Part shown: positions 33,263-46,200 of the stretch, piece by piece
Layout: each line of letters begins with the position of its first letter
How positions within the stretch are numbered: position 1 is the stretch's first letter
Source: Macrostomum lignano
Taxonomy: Eukaryota
Direction: 5' to 3'
DNA length: 64,000 nt
Assembly: GCA_002269645.1 (NCBI GenBank)
Contig: NIVC01000808.1
Span: 248,001 to 312,000, forward strand
The notes under the pieces: generated by a model
What the model saw: only the letters and a program-made list of their open reading frames with translations
Databases searched by the model: none
What the model was told of the DNA's origin: nothing
Translations under genes and position numbers: made by a program

Positions 33263-36200
33263 CTGCAGAGAAATAAGGCAGCGTAAGCGTAAGTAAGGTT
33301 TAAGTGAACAATGATAAAGAGTTAAGTGGTGGAGTACTGTGTTTGGAATAGCAGGCTTTTATTTATAATGAGGCTTTTCTTTGTATAGTCTCATACAGTG
33401 TAATTAATAGCTTAAACAATAGTAACCATGGTGGTTATTTTTACTTCATTTGCAAAGTCAAGATTGTTTAGAAAAACTAATGGACAAAAAAGCTGGTAGT
33501 TTGAGTACAACTAATGATAAGGAAGCAGAATTGTTTCGAATAAATTTTACCGTAGATATACCAGCTATTTTAACCCTGTTGCTCTTTATAGAAAGCTATA
33601 TATAGATATATTACACTATTTTTTCAAGCATAGCCCATTTGATTCATTCCAAATTCTTGCAGACTTATGGCCTATACTTTAACATTTTTAATTCATTAAT
33701 TGATTCTTTCTAAATATGTATAGACAGATTGGTAATTTAAAAAAATTGTAGAAAACTGAATTATGAATCATTCTATTCATCCTATGTAAATTATTAATAA
33801 GTAAATAGAAAAGCAAAGTTCATACTAGACCTGCGCTATTATGCATTTAATAAAAAGCATAGTTAGCATGTTCTTCTTGCCAATTTTTCCCAACTATAAT
33901 CTAGCTATGTTTCATTTTGGAAAAGACTAGTTCAACTGATTTTTCAAGCTTCCTAAAATCTATGCTAAAACTAAGCTAAAACTAAGGATAAATACTAATC
34001 ATTTATAATTCGGCCTTTAAAGTTTACTTTAGACGCATTTAATCAATAAGTAATAAAAAGTTAAACTTCAGCTGAATACAAATTCAATAGTTTGTTGCAT
34101 TTATAATGCCCATTTTATGCTTATTTGACAAATTTTAAGGTTTTGGGTGAATTTGGATGAAAAAGCACCTCTGTTACTTTTTAAACTATATAGTATAATA
34201 CAAATTGATTATATCAATCATAGCACAATCACAACGTTACAACCCTAAATTTCTAAAGTGAAAATGGGAAGTGTGACTTATATAGATAGAAATTCAATTA
34301 CAAGTGGTACTGTTTATTTGAATTAAGGTTACTAAGTAAATTTAAACTAAACAAAATATGTTTCAGCAAGAGAGAAACCGAATTCAGTCCTGTGTAAAAA
34401 ATCTGACTTATAATTCAAGTTATCAGGATAACAATTGCAACAATTTTTAAGCAATCCCAAAAGTAATTCTTATCTCTAAATGAATTTTTGAATGATAAGA
34501 AGCACCTGAGGCTTAAACTAATTTTAAGTATATTTAAGCTACACCAATTACATTTGTATGAAAGTCATTATTTCTATAGGGTAGCTATTTGCTATGCAAT
34601 AGTATTAGTCAATACATGTAAGTAAGTACATGTACATCACAGAAACACTGATAGAGGATTATTTAACAAAAATTTGTCACCATGTGGCACCCAGCTACTG
34701 ATTTGTCTTCATAAAAATTATATAAATTATTTTGAATGCGTAATATTTCAAATAAAGAAACTTCTCACGGACTTGATGAAGTCCGTCGATCGATCGCGAA
34801 ATAAGGTGACATTTTTCGAATATGCGTATCGCGTTTTGTTGAGAAATCAAACAAACCAATTAAAATAGTGTTATAATAAACACTGAAAACTAAAACTGCA
34901 TACAGTAAAATATAAAATTACCAATTAAATTATTCTTATTCACGGATACAATATATTTTGAGACAAGTTGATCATTATTTTCACGACTTGTCGGTTTTGT
35001 ATTGTAATTTTGTATTGGTGTTATCAGGTGATTTGGTCTACTGAGAAATCTATCTCATTCCAATCTAAAACACTTCATTAGTTGGCTCGTTTTAGAACAA
35101 ATAACTTTCGTAAGGGATATGCTGTGTGCGCTAGAAATACACATTTGCGGTAGAACGATATAGTCTGCAACAGAGACTTACAGAAAATTCTGTAAGTATT
35201 CATACGTGTACGTGCTACTTGGCCGAACCAACTGTAGTTATACTACACTACAGTGGTCCTTGTGCATAACTTAATAGTTTTTTCAGAAAGCCGATGGATT
35301 CAAGTGTCATTATTGAAGCGATTTATTATTATTGAAGAGACTGTTGGATATACTAGCTTCTGCTCCTATGTACCTGTACACGGTGTAAAGCATTATTGTA
35401 ACGTTGCCGTAGTAAACGTAAGTCGTACATCACACCAGTTGCACTGAAAAAAACAACTGTCTAATGTCCTCGCAAGAGTTGTGCTTGTACTTCTATATAT
35501 GTTGTACTAGACTAGATATAGCTCGTAGTTGATCGGTACGCTCGTAGCCGTAACAATTCAGACGGTAATGAACGTGGCAAATAAAAAATACATAAGACAA
35601 CATAAGACAACACTTGCATGAAAAAGTTCTGATGTATGAATAAATTCATTAAAAAAATTATATTTTAAGCTTCCGAAATTTCTATGTTCAACTGAAACAA
35701 TACTAGGTTCGCATCAATGTATTTTTTCAGAAAAAAAGAAAATCTTATTCATTGTGGTTTTATTGCAATGAATCCCGGATAGCGTAACGCCAAAAAATAC
35801 CATCTAAGTACAGATGACTTTTCAGGACTAAAACAAAGATTTCTAGAATTAGAGTGCGAAGAAAATCCAGAATAAAAAGTGGTGTGAAAATATTGCATAA
35901 ACTGCTTTACTACAAACAGTATTTATTATTGCTATTAATTAGCTGACACGGTGTGCTCAGAATAATCGCCGCAGTTCCTGTAGTGAGGATATACAGTAGC
36001 AAAAGTGCCATATAAGCGCAAGTGTATAACAGAAGGTAACAAATTTTACTAACTACACAGATCGAAGCGAAATAACAAAATAATCATTACAAAATGGATG
36101 AATTTGAATAGATTCAAGTTGACTGGCTGGTTTTAACACCACCACGCGCAAGAAATGTGTCGAGTGCCCGAGGCGGGAGAGCCAAACATGAAGATTTACA

Positions 36201-37214
36201 GTGTATAGGTATATAGGAGCGGCTCTACACAACAATTACAATGATAAAATAAAAAGAAACTAGCATTAGAAAACGATTTGCACGAGACGGCAACCTCGAG
36301 CTTCCAATCGGGCAGACGCTGCTTCATGGGTGTGAAAGATGAGGAACTCAGAAAAGCAAGGTAGAAACACAAAAAGCATCAAAACAATGCACAGTAAAAG
36401 AGAGCAGATTTTAACTGGCTATTCAAATTTGTCTCACAAAAACGGGAGGACAATCCAGGAATGCAATGCAACAATCATTGCATCGAATCTAGGGCTAGCA
36501 GGCTGCAGTCTCAGTAGCGGGTTACAGTTTATTTACGTGTTTGAATAAAGCTCCAAACACACAAGAATGAGTAGAGCCTACTCAACCCCCCCCCCCACAA
36601 AGTTATAAAAATACGATGGCTAACAGACAGTGAAAAAAGTACAGAGGGGACATCGAATATCAAATTCGATTATAATAATATTACATTGCACAATAACAAA
36701 CATTATTGCACTTTCCACAAACCAAAAATCGACGAACAAATGCCTGCCATCGCAATCTCTACAGAAAACATTTTGACGTGGACACTTATATTTCTTGGCC
36801 ATGTATACTATCGACACCCATAGATGCAGGACTACTTTCACGAAAATTATTGACTTTGTAAACACAGACAGTAACAATTTAATAATCAGAGGGATAAACA
36901 ACAGTATTCTACGAGCGCGGCTAAAATAAAGGATAATTCCACGAAGCACAGATTCAAACTACAGATCAAACAGCTACTCGAATATGGCCCGTAAACAGAC
37001 TCAAATGGACTCTAACAGTCTTGTAGAATAATAACAACTCGAGTACAATATACAGTTCATCGCTAAGTAGGACGAGCGGAGCAAGACAAATGGGCTTTAA
37101 CAACGAATACGAGAACAAAATATTTGCAACGACTAAGTCCCCTAAGGTAAATTCCCACTCAATTTTCAGCTTGGATTCAACCGTATCCAACACGGATACT
37201 TAGAAAAGTCGAGT

Positions 37215-40200
37215 TCAGATGCCCGTTGTGCCGTTCAGCAGGCCTCGCTTAGTCAGGCCGTCCGTCAGGGCCTCGTAGAATTTCAGCTGGTCATCCGGTC
37301 TGAGTGAGTACACCTGCCGCAACAGGTGGTGCGGCGAGGTTACCCTGAACAGTTGGATTACAAAAAAGGTGTTGAGTATGCGATGAGCTAAGCAACTCAC
37401 TGCCCATTATCCAGTTCTATGGGCTAGACTAGCAATCCACTGCCCATTATTCAGTTCTATGGGCTAGACTAGCAATCCACTGCCCATTATTCAGTTCTAT
37501 GGGCTAGACTAGCAATCCACTGACCATTATCCAGTTTTATGGGCTAGACTAGCAATCCACTGCCCATTATTCAGTTCTATGGGCTAGACTAGCAATCCAC
37601 TGCCCATTATTCAGTTCTATGGGCTAGACTAGCAATCCACTGCCCATTATTCAGTTCTATGGGCTAGACTAGCAATCAACTGCATATTAGACAGTTTAAT
37701 GGGCTAGACTAAGAAGCCACTGACTGATATCTATGATCAAAATTAAAACTCAATTAAATAAAATTAAAACTCAAAATTAAAACTCAAAATTAAAACTCAA
37801 AATTAAATTAATCTAATTAACCTACTAGCCTGCTATAAGTAGCATATAGCGTAAAACAAAAAGAGAGTCAGCTCACATGATGAAGGTCTGGAAGTACACA
37901 TAGACGAAGGTGCCCATGATGATCTGGCAGTCGAATCGGTCAGTCATGCCGCCATGGCCGGGAATCAGGTCGCCAAAGTCCTTGATTTTGAAGGCGCGCT
38001 TGAATCCGGACGCAAAGAAGCCGCCAAACGGGCCGACAAAAGAGGCGAAGGTGGCCATGATGATGCTGTGCCAGTAGAACGGGTACCACGGGATGGAGGA
38101 CAAAAACAGCTGCGAGTTCGGGAAAGGCGGTGAGAGCGCAAGGTAGGATGCAATAATTTTAGAGAAGGGTTCGAATCTAGACTATTCCAGCTCGTAGTTT
38201 AACAAACAGAATGCAGAAAATATTTAATTGACAGTTTCATTTTTAACCTAGTTTTTAAAAACGGAGGATCTACTTTTTTCAGTAGTTTGTATGTGCAGTT
38301 TCACTCAAAATTTAACGTGGCAGACTTTCTTCCTCTGGGTGTGCGGCCTCAGGAGCATATGGAGTTAAGAATCAACAAGTATTTAACTGGATATACACAA
38401 AGTGAACGCATGAGAGGGACGAAACTCAGCCTAGGGGGCAGGCCAATCTACTCGTAGCTCAGCCAATGAGAGAGCAGTAAGGAGAGAAGTCTCAGTCAGA
38501 CGGACGAAACTCAGCCTAGGGGACAGGCCAATCTACTCGTAGCTCAGCCAATGAGAGAGCAGTAAGGAGAGAAGTCTAAGTCAGACGGACGAAACTCAGC
38601 CTAGGGGGCAGGCCAATCTACTCGTAGCTCAGCCAATGAGAGAGCAGTAAGGAAGGAGGCAAGAGGAAAGCCAAACTGTTTGTTTATCGGACTGGCTGGG
38701 GGCTGGGCGCTACCCCTTTTCTCTCTTGTCCGCTATGCGCACGAAGTGAATTTGGGTTTTCGAGTTTTCCTGCGCCATCTTCCAGTCTTGACTTCATTTT
38801 TTTACTGACGCAGGTTGTCCGTAGAATTTTTCTTTTCGATTTCCAGGTTCCTTCTATTTCTACAGGTTTAATTTCTACAGGTTTGAAGATAATTTTTGCT
38901 TCTAGGTAAAAATTTCTGACGGTTCAGCAGCATTGGGAAAGTTTATTTGTTAACACTTACATAATAAAACACAGAAAAACGTTTTGCACAAAAATTTAGA
39001 TGAGTGTAATCTCATGGCCGTGTTTACACTCGATATTTTCTGACCCAGTCTCGAATATTTCTTATGCAAGAGTTTCACCGCTCCACAACAAATGAAACTT
39101 TAACTGTTTCAAATGGCTAGACAACACACAGCAAAGTTGCTTTGAAGATTGACTGAAGCCGTTCATTCCCGAAAAAGATTCACAGCTGAGTGCCAGTAGG
39201 TTATAAAGGATGGATTATCGCGCCATCAAATGGAGTCAGCAATCTTAGAGCTGCTCGGACCGTGGCCAGGGCCCGCCGCCTGCACTTTTAGCTTAGTTCA
39301 AGCCCCAGCCGAGGAGGAGCAATGGGTACAGTAGTAGCGAAGCTCATCTTGCCATCCTTTTTCTCTCGCGGGAACAATTTTTTATTAGTCTTCTTAATGT
39401 GAGCTGCTCGGCTTGTGTTCGAGTTCTAGACTGTGTTCTGCTGTCTTCTAGAAGCAGTTCCACTCGATTGCGCTGCCGAACCGCACAACGCATGGTCACT
39501 GTTTTTTGTTTTATCTTTCATCTCAAATCGCATTCCATTGTCTATTTCTATTGATTAGATTTCACTTTCATTCTCTTTCTCTCCTTCCAGTTAAAGCAGT
39601 TTGCTTATCTTTCACTGCCTCTTCCAATTCATCTATTCCCTTAACAATTTTCGAATAATAAATGTCTTTTACAATTCACACCTCTAACTTTTCTTCAGTC
39701 CTTTTTAATTTAGTTTCTAATTCTCTTCCTTTTTTTACTTTCGTAACCTTTCTTTGAATCCCCCACTTTCCCATTGCTCGAAAGGGAGAATTTAGCAGAC
39801 TGTGAGACTGGTGAAAGTCTAGCAAACCGCCGAGGAAATGAAGTACGCTAGTGACGGTCGAGGAGAAGGAGGGTCAGAAATTCTCTCTCAAACCTTAAGC
39901 CTCTCCCGTCCGAACACGGAGAGCTGTGCGGTAAAGTACACAGGCTGGGCCTTAGGGAAGTACGCAGCAGGAATAACTGTCAGGGCTAGCTTAAGAAGCC
40001 GCCGATAGGGAAAAGGGGGAAGCCGGTAGAAAGAGAGAAAAGACGAATAGGAGTCCCAGCCCAAGTTAACCAATAGGGCAAGCGCTGATGCCACACGCCA
40101 CTGGTTTCATATTAAAAACTCGTAAGCCTAGGGCGTGTCCCAACACTGGGCTAGGCCGAGTACATAATATGTATTTCTAATATATTATAAATCAGCGCAC

Positions 40201-43200
40201 AGAGCTTGCCCATTGAAACCCGAGCCCGCAACTAGCTTTGGGGTCAATTATTATCCAATCGTAAATATTGTAACTGGGTGCAGAGCTGCTGAGCAGCTGA
40301 GCGATAAACACTTTCGACTCTCGCCCCACGGCCTGGTTCGATTCCGCGCTTTCCGAAGGCTTTTGCAGGAAAACTAGCCGGGGGGGTTGTGTGATTCACC
40401 CCGTAAGACCCCCCCCCCACCAAGGCACAGAGGGTGTGTACATGCCTGACACAAGGACTACTCACCCCACCAAGGCACAGAGGGTGTGTACATGCCTGAC
40501 ACAAGGACTACTCACCCCCCACCAAGGCACAGAGGGTGTGTACAAGCCTGACACAAGGACTACTCACCCCCCACCAAGGCACAGAGGGTGTGTACAAGCC
40601 TGACACAAGGACTACTCACCCCACCAAGGCACAGAGGGTGTGTACACGCCTGACACAAGGACTACTCACCCCCCCACCAAGGCAGAAAGGGTGTGTACAC
40701 GCCTGACACAAGGACTACTCACCCCACCAAGGCACAGAGGGTGTGTACAAGCCTGACACAAGGACTACTCACCCCACCAAGGCACAGAGGGTGTGTACAC
40801 GCCTGACACAAGGACTACTCACCCCACCAAGGCACAGAGGGTGTGTACACGCCTGACACAAGGACTACTCACCCCACCAAGGCACAGAGGGTGTGTACAC
40901 GCCTGACACAAGGACTACTCACCCCCCACCAAGGCACAGAGGGTGTGTACACGCCTGACACAAGGACTACTCACCCCACCAAGGCACAGAGGGTGTGTAC
41001 ATGCCTGACACAAGGACTACTCACCCCACCAAGGCACAGAGGGTGTGTAAACGCCTGACACAAGGACTACTCACCCCACCAAGGCACAGAGGGTGTGTAC
41101 ATGCCTGACACAAGGACTACTCACCCCACCAAGGCACAGAGGGTGTGTACATGCCTGACACAAGGACTACTCACCCCACCAAGGCACAGAGGGTGTGTAC
41201 ATGCCTGACACAAGGACTACTCAAGTAGGACAGGAACTCAAGTAGGACTGCGTTTCTTAGAAAATGTTTATGAGGCAGGTTTTTTCAAAGAAATACACTA
41301 CGGAGATTGGAAGTTTTCATTTTTCAGCACAAAAAATGGTTACTGCTTTCGATAGGAGGCAGACCCAGTGTTCATCTTTTGAGAGATTTTGTGCCTGGCT
41401 TATAGCTCTATTGATATTTATAAAACTTTTCGTTCAGAAAGTTAGAATCCTATGCTATTTTCTTATAGATTGTACAATTGTGCATGTCCTGTGCCTAAAA
41501 ACCATTAAAATGGCACGGCTCGGCGCATTGGTTTTATGAATCTATTTTATCATTCTTAGCTGACTGTGTGTAACAATATATGTGACAGAGATGATAAAGA
41601 GGTTATAGATTATGTTAATAGGTTCTTAATAGATTAAGATAAAACAACACAAAAACAATGTTGTGGCTTAAGCTTTCGGGCATTAACACTTCCTTTTTGT
41701 CTATGGCTCAGACTGTGTAAAGCCTTCGGCAGTAAAGCCAAAGTGCATAGAAGGGCTGCGACCCTAATGGAAAAACCCAAGAGCTCGATAGTAAGACAGA
41801 CTGGCATGATAAGCCAGAGCTGCACCAAATATATATTACTTCAGCACTCATTGCCAAACAGTTGCTTTCCTCGCCTTCCTAACGCTGACCTGGGGGGTAT
41901 TTCTCAAAACTCACTTAGACTTTGCGTGGCTTACGCTATTCGTAAGTCGTATCTGAAACGAAAAGTTGCATGTCTATGGTCATAAATCTGTAAATATCTT
42001 TACTTAGTCTATCGTAAGTTGCTTTCGAGAAAGACCCACCTTCGATAAAGTTTAACTTGACTTGGCTTGACTAAAGCTTCACGTACTATGCGATTAGTGC
42101 TTAAGTGCGTCTTACGACTGATACCGAGCAGTCGTAGGGTTAAGATTAACCTTACGAAAGACCATAGACATACGAACGTTTCGAGAAACAGTCTTTTGCG
42201 CAAAGTTACGAACTCGTAAAGTTGCGATCAATCTTACGCATAGCTAACTTGCGAGCCCTTCGAGCAACCCGTAAGTGTAGCTTACCCAACTTACGTCTAT
42301 GGTCGATCGTAAGTTGCTTTCGAGAAAGACCCCCCTGAGCTCCAACAGACAACAGATCAAAAGATGAACATTGGGTCTGCCTCCTATCGAATGCAATAGC
42401 AATTTTTGTGCTGAAAAAAACTTCCAATCTCCGTAGAGTCAGCGGAATGGGCTGAATTGCGTCAGCGCTGGCTTGTGTCACAATGTCCCTGAAGGCGTTG
42501 CGCCAGGATGCCCCCACAGCTCTCCTGAAAATATTATATCATTCATCAATAGTGAATTAAGAACACAAGAAGAGGAACACAGAGAGCGCAAAGCTGAGGT
42601 GGCGGACTGGTATGCCTTAAGGAAAAGAGACAGGTCAGAGATCAATGCAAATGGGAAATACACAGGTAGGATCTAGGCGATTCTATAAAATCCGATTATT
42701 CACGGCTGAACTCCCCAGTCCCGACTTCTGTCCGACATCATGGAATGGGAGCGGCACATAAAACTAGGGATTTTTCTCCTGCTGCCTATGCAACTGCCGC
42801 ATGGAAATCTGATTGCAGAATATTGCCCAGAGAGAGCCACAGGGGAACTGCATGCTTAAGATGTGCGTACATTGTTCTGCAACGACTCAGTCTGGTGCAT
42901 GAGAATCACTCAGTCTGATGCATGAGAATCACTCAGTCTGGTGCATGAGATTCACTCAGTCTGGTGCATGAGAATCACTCAGTCTGATGCATGAGAATCA
43001 CTCAGTCTGATGCATGAGAATCACTCAGTCTGATGCATGAGAATCACTCAGTCTGATGCATGAGACTCACTCAGTCTGGTGCATGAGAATCACTCAGTCT
43101 GGTGCATGAGAATCACTCAGTCTGGTGCATGAGATTCACTCAGTCTGATGCATGAGAATCACTCAGTCTGATGCATGAGAATCACTCAGTCTGATGCATG

Positions 43201-46200
43201 AGAATCACTCAGTCTGATGCATGAGAATCACTCAGTCTGATGCATGAGAATCACTCAGTCTGATGCATGAGACTCACTCAGTCTGGTGCATGAGAATCAC
43301 TCAGTCTGGTGCATGAGATTCACTCAGTCTGGTGCATGAGAATCACTCAGTCTGATGCATGAGAATCACTCAGTCTGATGCATGAGAATCACTCAGTCTG
43401 GTGCATGAGAATCACTCAGCCTGATCACTCAGCATGCATGAGATCACTCAGTCTGATGCATGAGAATCACTCAGTCTGATGCATGAGAATCACTCAGTCT
43501 GATGCATGAGACTCACTCAGTCTGGTGCATGAGAATCACTCAGTCTGATGCATGAGAATCACTCAGTCTGGTGCATGAGAATCACTCAGGCTGGGCGCTC
43601 GGCAATGCCTAGCTCACCAGTTTGCCAACCACAGGAATGTGGAAGGTGGAGCGCTCGAAGATCCAGTGCCGGACGCAGTTCATGCTGACGGCATCGCTGA
43701 CCTCATCGTACTCAAGCGGGCACACAAAGAAGTCGAACTGGATGAGAAAGTGGCTGAGCAGCACGCTAAACAGTATGGTGGACAGGCCGCCACCGATGAA
43801 GCCTTCCCAGGTCTTCTTCGGCGACAGCTTGATGAGGGGCGTCTTGCCGAAGAAGAAGCCGAACATGTAGGCCATGATGTCGTTGCAGATGATCATGGAA
43901 GAGGGCAGCAGCAGCCTGGGATGGGGCAATAAATGACAAAATTCATCAAACACTAGATTCAAATCTCAGCGCCCAGAGCTGCTGCATCAAAATCTCACAT
44001 CTAGTGTAATTCCATAAAAATCTCACCTGAGATCAGCTCAATCGAAATCTCACATGAAATCAGCTCAATCGAAATCTCACATGAAATCAGCTCAATCGAA
44101 ATCTCACATGAAATCAGCTCAATCGAAATCTCACATGAGATCAGCTCAATCGAAATCTCACATGAAATCAGCTCAATCGAAATCTCACATGAAATCAGCT
44201 CAATCGAAATCTCACACGAGATCAGCTCAATCAAAATCTCACATGAGATGGGCTCAATCAAAATCTCACATGAGATGGGCTCAATCAAAATCTCACATGA
44301 GATGGGCTCAATCAAAATCTCACATGAAATCAGCTCAATCGAAATCTCACATGAAATCAGCTCAATCGAAATCTCACATGAGATCAGCTCAATCGAAATC
44401 TCACATGAAATCAGCTCAATCGAAATCTCACATGAAATCAGCTCAATCGAAATCTCACACGAGATCAGCTCAATCAAAATCTCACATGAGATGGGCTCAT
44501 TCAAAATCTCACATGAAATCAGCTCAATCAAAATCTCACCTGAGATGGGCTCAATCGAAATCTCACATGAGATCAGCTCAATCAAAATCTCACATGAGAT
44601 CAGCTCAATCAAAATCTCACCTGAGATGAGCTCAATCAAAATCTCACATGAGATGAGCTCAATCAAAATCTCACATGAGATGAGCTCAATCAAAATCTCA
44701 CCTGAGATGAGCTCAATCGAAATCTCACCGGAATAGCCAGTGCAGGTCATAATTAATATTTTATTTACTATTTCACTCACCAAATGACGCCATTGAAAAC
44801 GTTGCGAATCATGAAATGAGACGAAGTGACCAGAACTAGCAGAGCCATGTGCGTCCAGCCAAACTGAAAAAAATAATCGTAATACATCACTGGTTTCTCT
44901 GCACAACTCTAGACGCAATTTGAATTAGGCTACAAGAGACCAACCAGAGTGAACTGCTGCAGGTAGTGCTTCTTAACCAGGCTGACCACAAAGCCCACGA
45001 TACCACCGCAGTACAGGCAGAATGAGATGAACCGGTGGTAGGTGAGCAGCGGCTGCAGGAATTGCTGCAAGTTAAAGGGTGATAGCGATAAAACACGAAG
45101 GTCAGGAGATAAGCCGATGAGGTGTCCAGTCTGCCCTGAGGATACTAAACCTTCTCCAAGGTCACCCAGTCTACTCTGAAGACACCCAGTCTACTCTGAA
45201 GACACCTAGTCTACTCTGAAGACACCCAGTTTACTCTGAAGACACCCAGTTTACTCTGAAGACACCCAGTCTACTCTGAAGACACCCAGTCTACTCTGAA
45301 GACACCCAGTCTACTCTGAAGACACCCAGTCTACTCTGAAGACACCCAGTCTACTCTGAAGACACCCAGTCTACTTTGAAGACACCTAGTCTACTCTGAA
45401 GACACCCAGTCTACTCTGAAGACACCCAGTCTACTCTGAAGACACCCAGTCTACTCTGAAGACACCCAGTCTACTCTGAAGACACCCAGTCTACTCTGAA
45501 GACACCTAGTCTACTCTGAAGACACCCAGTTTACTCTGAAGACACCCAGTCTACTCTGAAGACACCTAGTCTAGTCTGAAGACACCTAGTCTACTCTGAA
45601 GACACCCAGTCTACTCTGAAGACACCCAGTCTACTCTGAAGACACCCAGTCTACTCTGAAGACACCCAGTTTACTCTGAAGACACCCAGTTTACTCTGAA
45701 GACACCCAGTTTACTCTGAAGACACCCAGTTTACTCTGAAGACACCTAGTCTACTCTGAAGACACCCAGTCTACTCTGAAGACACCTAGTCTACTCTGAA
45801 GACACCCAGTTTACTCTGAAGACACCCAGTCTACTCTGAAGACACCTAGTCTAGTCTGAAGACACCTAGTCTACTCTGAAGACACCCAGTCTACTCTGAA
45901 GACACCCAGTCTACTCTGAAGACACCCAGTCTACTCTGAAGACACCCAGTTTACTCTGAAGACACCCAGTTTACTCTGAAGACACCCAGTTTACTCTGAA
46001 GACACCCAGTTTACTCTGAAGACACCTAGTCTACTCTGAAGACACCCAGTCTACTCTGAAGACACCTAGTCTACTCTGAAGACACCCAGTCTACTCTGAA
46101 GACACCCAGTTTACTCTGAAGACACCCAGTTTACTCTGAAGACACCCAGTCTACTCTGAAGACACCCAGTTTACTCTGAAGACACCCAGTTTACTCTGAA

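Noticed and set aside
33300-37200. Scattered 60-110-aa ORFs in the AT-rich M1AP-CDS interval
   Set aside because: No domain similarity or coherent splice structure; consistent with UTR or intergenic DNA.
38417-38653. Hammerhead ribozyme in the 85-bp repeat (contains GACGAAAC)
   Set aside because: The required CTGANGA core is not present in a suitable arrangement.
38400-40165. Possible minus-strand LTR element (PBS-like TGGCG near 40110, PPT-like tract near 38715)
   Set aside because: The two putative LTR regions do not match each other and there is no TG start after the purine tract.
42473-42676. 67-aa ORF ending near a GTAGG donor, a possible nested gene exon
   Set aside because: No recognisable motif and no partner exons; it abuts a transposon end.
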